A program made the position numbers and the translations under genes. The notes under the pieces were generated by a model that was not told the origin of the DNA, did not search any database, and worked only from the letters and a program-made list of their open reading frames with translations. Shown here in pieces: positions 35,696 through 45,545 of a stretch of 64,000 nucleotides of DNA; within the stretch, counting starts at the first letter, position 1; each line of letters opens with the position of its first letter. Source of the DNA: Pelomyxa schiedti (taxonomy: Eukaryota; Protista; Evosea); assembly GCA_020536535.1 (NCBI GenBank), contig JAHLWZ010000804.1:70234-134233 (forward strand). Reading direction: 5' to 3'.

Positions 35696-38600
35696 CTACT
35701 CATCGACCCTTTCACCAACAGTGATGTTCATGGCAGCCAACTTTTCTTTTACCAAATCGGCGTCCCTGAGGTATCTTGTATACTCGGCAGCACGGCCTAG
35801 GTCTTGGGCTACGAGTGCCAGCCAACGTAAACATGATTCCACTGGGAGTGTGTAGTTAGTGAATGAGTGTTGGGATTATGTCTGATTGGTGTGTTGTGTT
35901 CAGAAAGTGGCACATACTGCTGGGGTGCACAGGCCCGTGAATTTTGTTGTTGATGTTTATAGCACGCTTCAGCAAGGGTTCTGCCTTTTCGGGTTCACCT
36001 TTCAATTTGTAGGTTGCGGCAAGCGATTCCAGTGAAGTAGCCAAGTGAGGGTGCATTGGTCCCAGTGTCTACGGTTGGTTAATTGTCAGTTTTGAATTGG
36101 CCAGGATAAAACCTTCTCACGGATCTGGCAAGCTCTGGTACAGAGTTGCACTGCGCGCTCAGGGTCGCCTTGGCTATCGGCTATAACAGACAAATCCTGA
36201 AGAATTCGGGCAATCAGTGGGTGATTTGGCCCAAAGTGGAGAAGCCTGTAATACAAAAGAATAAGGCCAAAGTTGGTATGTGCTGAGAGAAAGAACCTGA
36301 TCTTCAATGCACGCTCTAAATAACTATGAACAAAGGTGAGATTACTGTGGAAGGAATAGGAAAACGAATCAACCTTTGAGCTCTCGCAGGGTTTGAGTCC
36401 ACAAAGATTTCTACAAGTTGGTGAAAAAAAGTAGAACGGTTGTTTTTGAAACAAACCTCCCAGACCGCACAAGCTCATTGCTACATTGAGATGATTTGGT
36501 CCCAAAACTTTTTCCCTTATCTCAAGGGCCTTCAGTGCAAATGGCTCAGCAGCTTTGAGTTCTGTTGCATTCCAAAATACCTCTGCCAGCAAATAGTAGG
36601 CTTTTCCCACCGATTCGTGATATTCACCATGCGCTGAAACATTAACAGAGATCGCTCTGCGGAGGAGAGCTTTCGCTGTTGCATAATCAAGCATTTCCCT
36701 GAATTTAGAGTTAAGAAATGATTAAAGGTACTTTCTGGAACCTCAGAAATCGAGCTACTTTATTCAACATTTTCCCAACTTGAGCTGGTTGAGCATTATA
36801 GTTATCAACAGCACGACGCATGCACTCACCAACAGTAGTTTCGTGGACCATGAGCCAATAGCTGAAGAGAGTTGACAATAACAATTTTTCGTAGCTCCTT
36901 ACTGTTTTAGTTCATATCTGCGTGTTTGCGTGTAGAGCTGCAAGAAAACTTCTAGATCAGTAAGGGCCTCAGGAAGTTGCTCTGGATTGCTATTTTGATT
37001 AACTAAGTGAGCGAGATTGATTTGAAAGTTACGTTTGTGATAGTAGCCATGGAAGTTCGTCAGCCTTGCGACCTTTGTCAGCATTTCCGGGTCCACTACT
37101 AAAGTACGCTACAAGTTTCTGTCTATAGTCACTGCAGATACGAAGATGAATGAATGAGTCTGAAGTAAAAGTTTGGAAGAAATACTTGACAAGGTAAGGC
37201 TTGCTCTCTAGGTAGTAGGATTGCACGGCTTGGCTCATATACTCATGGAAGAAGCATAGTAGACCAGATTTACTGGAAACATACTCACTAACTGCCATCA
37301 ATAGCTGTGATAGCTGCATTTGTGTTGCGCCTGTTACCCCCATGATTTCCTTTTCAGAGAGACCCATCCGGCTGCAGTATATAGAGCAGAGCGTGTCTTG
37401 AACAAATTGGGTAGTATAATCCTTGTATAGAATAAGTGAGAAGGCCAAGATGTGCCAAAAGGGTGAATTACATTCTCCAGTCTAAGAATAATTTTCTTGA
37501 ATAGTTCTTCTGGAGTTCTGGCTCCCAAATACCAATCTATTTTGCTGTCAAGCTGCTCATAAACACCTTGTGGAGTTTGTTTTGATACATATAGAGGATA
37601 GAGGATTACCAAACAGGCGGAGCTCTTCCAGGAGGGCTCGGAGAAAAAGGGGACTGTCTGTTTGTTGGCATCTTGTTATCCTTATGACGGTTAATGTGTA
37701 TATTTTATCTCAGGCTACTATTACCTTTGCATTTGAGATAAAGTGAAGGATTTTCCGTACTCTGACAAATAATTTTGCACATACTCCGTTTTTTGTTGTT
37801 CAGAGAATCCTTGCAAGTACATTGTTGGCCACCCCCTGTCAAAACCTCAGAAGAAAGGAAAGTTGTACGTATAGACCTGTTGTTCAAAAAAATATGTGGC
37901 TCTGACGAACTGTTCATGGAAATGATAAACTTAACTTGTGGGGGAATTTCTTCAGGGATCCACCGCATTTCCAGTGCTGATTCTCTGTTTTCTAAAGGAA
38001 AGATATGTTAGCTAGAAAGAAAAGCAAGTAAACCCAAATACCTAATCGATGGGCTCCGTCTAAAATTACAATAAGGCGGCATGATTGTGGTACAAATGTA
38101 AGCCACCTGGGAAACTCCCTTAACATCTCCTTTGGGTCAGCTGGAACCTCGTCTACTATCTCAAACTCACGTTTAATTGTCTGCATGATATGCAAGACAA
38201 CAACAGTGTTAAGAGCACGGTCATTTGTGCATCCTTATCAAGTCAACCAATAATCAAGTAAAAAAAAAAAAAGCACACCAATGTAATGTGAAACAACAAT
38301 TTCATTCCCTTGCTCATGACTGAACCTCTCCCGCCAGTTGGACAAAAAGGAGGCCTTCCCAATGCCAGCAGGGCCAACCACTAAAATCCCACCACTCTCA
38401 CTAGTGCGGAGCTTATCGCAAAGTGATTCATATACCTCAGAGTTCCATAAATAATTCCTTTTTTTCGTTTCGGCATAAGCACTGTGAGCGGAATTCTGAG
38501 CATCAAGTGGGTCGGGGTCCTGGTCCTCAGGAAATTCGTTTGCAATGCTGTCAGAAAGGTCTTTGAGAACATGCTTGGCAAGATCGCCAGGCTGATTGTA

Positions 38601-40064
38601 GAATTTCAGGGGAAGGCCACTTATGCGGATGCGGTGCTAGAGGCACAAAGGTTACATTCAGGTGTATTAAGCTGCTCCTCACCTTTAAATCTCTCATTTT
38701 TTCTGGGTTATCACCAGTCTCGGAAATGTTGGGGTTATTTCGCATATAGAACAGTGCTCGGGATGCAGACTCCACATCATTTAGTGCTCCATATAAGATC
38801 TAAAGCCTTAGAGAGATTTCCGAAAACTGGTCTATACCTCCATCTCTGTGACACTCCTAGGTGTGCCAAGTTGTGAGATAAATGGGTACTTCTGTAGGAT
38901 ATCTGGCTTTATTGTGTCGGGTACCCAGCCATATCTGTCTCCTGTTATGCTATTAATAAGGGAAAAATATCTGGAGACCAAACCAATGAGACTGATGAAA
39001 AATGGACGACATTTGTCGATTTCATTAAGGCAAATAGAAAGTACATCACCAGACTCACTTTGTTCAGCAGTTATTCCCCATCTTTAGAACTAAATCATCT
39101 GAAGGATGTGACAAAGTAGACAAACCGTAGATCCACCTCTGAGAAGAAAATTCCTCTTTTTGCACATTGCTCCTTTATCTTGGGAAAAACATTTTTCAAC
39201 AACTCATCACGTTCACCTTGCATGTCCAAGAAGGTTGAAGATAAAAATACACGAACTTGGCGTTTTTTCATAGCAGAACGAGAACGGCGGTTAACTACCC
39301 AGTTGCCACTTTTTGGAATAGGGGCTGTATTTATACGTCAATGAATTTACAACGGTTTGTCTGGAACAGACCAGTTTTGAGGGGGACCAACGATTCTAGT
39401 TGTTGTTTTCTCTCTTGATATTGCTCATCAGTGATAAATCCAGCTGTGTGTACCTCTTCTAGCTTCTTTAGGGCTTGTGAAATTTCCCCTGGAAGCATTG
39501 ACGGAGGCGTAGCATTGTCGACAACACCTTCCTCTTGATAGGAGTGAGTTGTTTTAAGAATGATATCTAAGGCAAACCAAGACACGCTAAAAGAGAATCA
39601 ACATCAGAAGACTCTGCCTTGGCTTTAGTAGCTGTGGGCTTACTTGTTGGGGTTCTGCGGAACCCACTTACTGGAGCTAATAGAGGTGAGTGAAACGCAA
39701 GTGAACAGTAGAATGGTGCACTCACATCCAGTAGTTTGTGCTGGAGTGGGAGCAGGCTGAGCTCTAGAGAAAGAGGGTGTTACGCCAGAGGTCTGACAAG
39801 CCATTCCTGAATAGGAAGAGAATGAAGGGCTGGGTGGCGGAGGTGCCACACTGGGTGGTGCCTTGTATTTTTCTTTGTACTTGTCCAGTTCGGACGCATG
39901 GCGCATAAAACCTTGCTGCTTGTTGGTTTTTGTTTCGTTTTACAATGGAGTAATGAATTCATATCAAAAAAAAAAAAAAAAGCTAAACTATAGTATAGAA
40001 AGAAAAAGAAAGGCACAGTGCTGTGTTGAGAGCGTTAGTAAAAGGAGCGGGTACTTGCAGCCAT
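35696..40064 (-). CDS. DUF4062 - NACHT-like NTPase - TPR protein (NPHP3/TTC41-like) with an N-terminal SHOCT-like helix pair; start approximate
   Basis: VRVFLSSTFLDMQGERDEL...VDLR/WGIT; P-loop GPAGIGKAS; IVILDG; kinesin-light-chain-type TPRs (HPHLATSLESLAATY, HLNVAMSLCGLGGL, HPLIARILQDL); LKKLEEVHTAGFITDEQYQERKQQL. Confidence 0.8.
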
Positions 40065-40370
40065 AGGATCGTTGTTGATTGTTGTTAAGGGCGGTTTTAT
40101 TTTTTTTTATTATTATAATTGAAAGTTCAGGAAAATGATGAGAACGATAAGAAAACCGACGCACCGAACTATACGACGATCACAGCAACACCGAACAAAA
40201 GAGAACAAAAACATGGATTGGGTGAGCTACAAACCACGCGACATTTCTATTTTTTTTTGTTTTTTTGAAGAAAAAGGTACACACCATGGCGGCGAGACTC
40301 TTAGGGGTGCCAAAATTCCAAAAAACGTTAATGTATAAAAAGGAAAAAAAAGAAGAAGGGAGGAACTTCG

Positions 40371-40419
40371 TTTTCCCGCGTAACACTTCTAAGAAAGTCG
40401 CGTAACTACGACGCGAAAC
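40371..40419 (+). promoter_or_regulatory. Cluster of CGCG-core, E2F-like motifs in a divergent promoter
   Basis: TTTTCCCGCG (40371-40380), GTCGCGTAAC, and ACGCGAAA (reverse TTTCGCGT, 40411-40418). Located between the NACHT-TPR and coiled-coil gene starts. Confidence 0.3.
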
Positions 40420-40491
40420 GGTGTGCTTGTTCCTTCACACGACTGAGGACTGTAGTGTGGTACACACTGTTCCAAAGTAGAAGCTACTGTG

Positions 40492-41435
40492 ATGAATTCG
40501 GGGCACGGAAGAGGCGTTCAGACGCGGCGCCTGGTGGGCGATAGTGGCAATAAACCAGCAGCATCAAACAGCAGAACCAACTTGGTAGGTAGGCCGTGTT
40601 GTGGTGGGGGCACCAAAGCAAACAGTTATTAATCACGACTTTCGGTGCAGAGCATGAGGTTCGTGCCGAAATTGCACAGTTGAAGGCCATTCTAACTGAA
40701 ACATTGAGGGACTTGGACCAAGCTTTGCAAGATGAGGAGGTTGGTTCCATCGCCCTTTCCCACAATTGTGCCATTGCCTCTGCGTTCTTACATTAAATCC
40801 ACAGCGGTTCAGAAGAAAAGTTACAGCAGTTCACTCCCGCCAATACGAACGTAAACCCTTTAATTTTGGCCTTATGTGCCTACTAAAGAAAATACAGTTG
40901 AAAACACATATAGAATGTTGTCCCAAGAACTCACGCAATTGAAGAAAGAGAAACAAGAAAGGTCACAAATGCGTAGGACCACAGTTCAACTCACCACGAT
41001 ATTAGGCTCAAAGAAAAACACTTTCTCCAAAGTGAGTTGGAAACGCAACAATACAGATTTGAACAGGTTACTCCAAACACAAGGGTGCTAAAGTAATGCC
41101 GTTCTTTTTTTTTTCCTCCCCAACTCAGGTGTTCAACAAGCACGTTGGATCAGAACAATCAGCCAAAACACTTGAAGGAACACTTCTACGTTTGGATGCG
41201 GAAACAAAACACTACATTGATGAATGTAACCAGCACACCTCTATCATCCAGCAGCTCAACGATGTACGTTGGATGGGAGGGAAGTATCAACAAGAAAACC
41301 TGACTAATCACCCTGTACCCTCCCTTATTTCCAAAAGGAACTTGCACTTCTTACTAGTGAGCTTACCTCCCTAGAATCCACTGCCACCACCAACCAGCCA
41401 TGATTCCTCAGCCTCCCTTGTTCAAATGTAATTAA
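40492..41435 (+). CDS. Small multi-exon coiled-coil hypothetical protein; end approximate
   Basis: ATG at 40492. Heptad-rich exons (EVRAEIAQLKAILTETLRDLDQAL; LSQELTQLKKEKQE; LLRLDAETKHYIDE) are bounded by GT-AG. Confidence 0.5.
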
Positions 41436-41624
41436 AGTTCTACATTGAAGACACAACCCAAAACTCGGCTTCACGTCATGCCCACACTATCAAAGTTCTT
41501 GTGTTTGCCCACAAGCCAGTCCCCTCCGTTCTTCGTCACCAGGAATTTGATGAAATTTTTCTTCCATAGACTTTTTTCCATCTCAATTGGCCCTCCTCCG
41601 TGACCCTTTCTTTGTGTGTTACGA

Positions 41625-43464
41625 ATGAAGTTGTTGGCAAGGTAGTGGGAACCTCACACATATGAGAACCTTTTTAATTTAAACACATGCGAAGAGTCGA
41701 GGCAGTGCTGCGTTTCGACTGACATTAAAACGAAAGGGTGATAGATAAGAATGGACTTGGTTACGTGTCACTCATAGCCAATGGGCCTGAGGATCTGTGG
41801 CACACGTACCAGCTCCTGCAAGAAGGTGACAGAGTGAGAACAACAACTTTTAGGTTAGAATTGTTACCTACTATAGAAGTACTTGCTTGGTTCTTGTTGT
41901 CTAATCCAACAAATGGTTGTTCTGGGATGGGTTCTCTTTTTGTTTTTGATGACTATGGCTATGGACCTTTCTTGAATGCTTGTTAAAAACAAATTAGGAA
42001 AGTACAAACAGTATCCGCTACTGGTAGCACAGTATCTGAAAAGGTTAAGGTGACACTGACAATCCTTGTTAAGGTAACTGTTCAACTCTTGTATTCACCA
42101 CTAACAAGTACAAACTTGAAGCGTGTGGATTTTACCCCCGAAGCCGAGTTATTGCGTGTGAATGGCATCAATGTGACGGAATCTGATAAAGTCAAAGTTG
42201 GAGCATTCCATGCGCTTGATATCGAGTGCAACAGACAATTTTCCATTGAAAAAGATTTTTGGGATACTGTGGCATTAGAAAGGCATACTCGGGACACCAC
42301 TTAGCTCTCCTGACCATAATATAGAATATCTCTAGCAACTGATGCTGCCAAGACAGCGGAAGTGGCCGCAGTTGTTTTGGGTGACGGAATAGCTCACATT
42401 TGTCTTATAACTGACTGCATGACGGTAACAAGAGCCTCCATTGACACCCCCATTCCTAGAAAGCGGAAGGCGTCAGTTACTGGACACGAGAAAGTGGGTT
42501 CTTGTACTTTAAAACTCGTCAAGTTCATGTTTATACTGCAGGCATTGTCACGGTTTTTCGAGTCTGTTCTTCAGGCCATGATTAGGCACTTTGACTTTAG
42601 CATTGTGAAATGTGTCATTATTGCTAGCCCCGGCTTCGTTAAGGTATTTACCTATCTTGCAACTAGCAAGCATAATGGTTAAAGGATGAATTTATGGAAT
42701 ACATGTGGGCTGAGGTACAAAAGAGAGATTTAACACAACTATCCTCGAATAGAGCAAAATTCCTTGTGGCTCATTCCTCTTCTCCACATAGGTAAGTTAC
42801 GAGCTATTTACTCCAATTTGTCAATGTTCCTTAGATGTGCGCTCAAAGAAGTGTTGGAAGATCCAGCAGTTCTTGCTAAAATAGCCGATACCAAAGCTGC
42901 AGGCGAAGTTCGAACTCTGAATGAATTTTTCCAGGTACGTCACATTCTTATGGAATCCAGTCCCAATATCGCAGGTATTGAAAGCTGATCAGTACCGAGC
43001 GGTTTATGGCTTGCGTTATGTCAAGTTTGCTCATGAGAGGAGAGCAATAAAAACTTTGCTTGTCACAGACGATCTGTTTCGGTTTGTTAACCGGCATCCC
43101 TAGAAAACACACTAATCAATCAAACCAGGTCATGCAGTATAGAAACGAGAAGAGAGTATGTTCAGCTTGTTGAGAGTGTCAAAGCGGAAAGCGGTGAAGT
43201 GAGGGTATTCAGTTCTCTTCACGTCTCTGGTGAACGTATGCCTCCGGAATCAATCGCGAAATAGACACTTTTCTAAGCCACATGACAGAGCTCGGGAAGC
43301 TGACTGGGGTTGCTGCCATTCTCAGGTACCCCCTTCACGAGATAGACGATCTTGACGCCGACGGCGGTGACGAAAATTATGATGAAGAAGAGGAAGAGGA
43401 GGAGGAAAGAGGCACAGCCAAGGGCAGTAGCGACACGCTTGAAGGTGACTTCTCCGGCTACTGA
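41625..43464 (+). CDS. PELO: Pelota/Dom34 ribosome rescue factor
   Basis: MKLLAR...EDLWHTYQLLQEGDRVRTTTFRKVQ, KVGAFHALDIE, VAAVVLGDGIAHICL, IPRKRK, IIASPGFVK, LLVTDDLFR, VRVFSSLHVSGE, LGKLTGVAAILRYPL. Confidence 0.95.
42283..42324 (+). other. GC-AG intron (42 nt) in pelota
   Basis: AG|gcatac...atatag|A restores VALE-R-ISLATDAAKTAEVAAVV. No GT donor gives this frame. Confidence 0.75.
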
Positions 43465-43586
43465 GAGGCTCCCAAAAAAGGGTTTTGTGTGTATAAAAAA
43501 GCAACGCGTAAGAAGCGGATCTGGAAAATCCGGCAGAGAAAAAGACCAAAAAAAACACAACTTTTCGTTCCGCAAGCAGATCGTCG

Positions 43587-45088
43587 ATGGCTGGTGTTGG
43601 TGGGTCTAGTGTAGCGTACGAGGTGTGCGAACAGTTGTGCACCAGATTCACGCACAGGGGAGCGACTACGTCGAACGAATTGGATGCCGCATGTTTTTTG
43701 CAGAAGTACGCAACTCTTTTTTTTTTTTTGTGCGCGAGCACTCTTCTACTGTTTCTAGTTGTTTATATCAATGTGTCTAATGAAAACGTATGGTTAAAAA
43801 AAAACAAATAAAATAGAGGCATTGTACATGCCAACATCTCACAATAAACAAATAAATAAAGGAAGGTGGAACAGTTGATGCCCGGGGTACGGACCGAGTT
43901 AAGATCGTTTGCGTGCCAGCACACGTACTTGGTGTGGCTCTGGTGGGCCCTTGGATCTATACTGTTGTCGTTGCTGGTGTTCCCTAGGCTGATGGGGATT
44001 TCTACACTCTTGTCACTTTTGGTCCTCGCCTGGGTGTGGTGTGCCGGCCTTGGAGTCGTTTTTCAGCTGGATGGCAGAGACAACTTCTTATCTAAACTTC
44101 CTCCTGTGGGCTACTCTCACAACGTGATCGCGTTTATAAATCGCTCCACGGCGGTGGTGTGTAGCTGTGTACATCCGCTACCTTCATCTGACTAGAGCAG
44201 AAAAAAAATAAACTCATTCTGATGGCTCACTATGATAGTGCCCCTGCGAGCTTTCTGTACTTGCCTTCACAAGTATCCTTCCCATTCTCCGTTATTCTTA
44301 TTTTAACGTGATCCCAGGTAAAACATTTTTGTCGCTCCTTGAAGATTTCTGGCCTGGCACTTGTAATGGCCCCTGTGTCACTCACCATAGAGTATTTTGG
44401 CTTCTCGCAATACTGGACACGAATGGTTCTTCTTGCTTATTTGGCCGGGATGGTGATAATGTCCAGTGCAGATTACCTTGTCAGAGGATACACCAACGGT
44501 GCAGCCGACAATGCCAGTGGTGTAGGTGCCGCAGTTGAAGCAGCTTGTTCTCTGTTTCACCATCCACTCCCAGAAGACTGGGAGGTAGAACTAGTTTTAA
44601 CTGGTGCTGAAGAAGCCTTGTACAAGGTACCACTTGCCCCCTCATATTACTTTCCCTGATAGCAACAACTCCAACAGGGATCGCTGGCGTACTACCGTCA
44701 GATAAAGAATACTCACCAGAAGTTACATGTTGTCAATATCGACAACGTCGGAGCTGGCGACTCCATTGTTGTTGTTGATAAGACGGAATCCTACACACCT
44801 GTTTTCTACAACAAGCCCTGGAATTCCGTGTTCCAAACCAGTGCCGCCGTTGCTCAGAAAATACCAGGAGTCACAATTCGTGCTCACACCGTGGCTGACT
44901 TTGACAGTATTTTCTTTGCACGAAACAGAATTCCCTCTGTCACTATATCCGCGCAATGTAAGGATGGCACCATTCCCCAGCTTCACAGGCCTGGTGACAC
45001 CATGCAAAATGTCAACAAGGATTTGCTATCCAGGTGCACCCAAGTGGTTGAAACCATCTGCCGCCAACTGGCCAAACAAAGTGACTAG
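43587..45088 (+). CDS. Membrane-embedded M28-family metallopeptidase (prokaryote-like)
   Basis: HRGATTSNE, TM hairpins, AHYDSA, GAADNASGVG, TGAEE, VNIDNVG, DFD, LHRPGDT. Confidence 0.85.
44273..44317 (+). other. Candidate U12-type GT-AG intron, 45 nt, phase 0, in the M28 gene
   Basis: Donor GTATCCTTC; TTTTAAC lies 10 nt before the CAG end. It contains an in-frame TGA, so it must be removed (LPSQ/VKHF). Confidence 0.55.
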
Positions 45089-45278
45089 GCAAAATAATCA
45101 CCAAACAAGTCTTCCTTTGTTATTGATCAGAGAGGAAGAGGCGTAAGCCTAACAGTAGCTTCGACGCAGATAAGAGATTCAAAATGTGAAACGAATCGTG
45201 CGGCAGGGGGAAATTTCCCACAATAGCACGAGAAAAAGCTTGTAAGTCTAGCGAGCGGAGTGGTATTAAAGCTTCTTC

Positions 45279-45436
45279 ATACGTACCTGACTGTTGCAGA
45301 CCCCCGATCAAGAAGGGGGGTTTGTTGCCTCCCTCTTTGGAAGCTTGCACTTTCTTCCGAGGGCGGTATGACTCCCCGTAAGGAGAGATCAGCAGTGAAA
45401 TTTATTGCGGTGGGTGCTGCGTTCGTCGCGGCACCC
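45279..45436 (+). ncRNA. U1: U1 spliceosomal snRNA with variant 5' arm (AUACGUACCUG)
   Basis: 5' AUACgUACCUG. Helix H ACUGU/GCAGU. SL1 stem closing the U1-70K loop GAUCAAGAAG (45306-45315). SL2 with the U1A-type loop CUUGCACUUU (45344-45353). SL3 with a GUAA loop. Sm-like site AAAUUUAUUG (45398-45407). SL4 GGGUGCUGCG-UUCGU-CGCGGCACCC (45412-45436). Length 158 nt. Confidence 0.93.
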
Positions 45437-45545
45437 TTCAAAACAAAATTAAAAAACATCTAACGAACCGTTCGTTTTCTGTTGGCGTAGTTTCCCTGCT
45501 GCGGCATACAGATCCAAATTAATAAAAAAAAAAACCCATTACGCC

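Noticed and set aside
45120-45463. Short minus-strand ORFs (45120-45350, 45260-45463, 45277-45459)
   Set aside because: They are antisense to the U1 snRNA and show no protein-like features. The apparent CAG|GTACGT donor is just the complement of the U1 5' arm.
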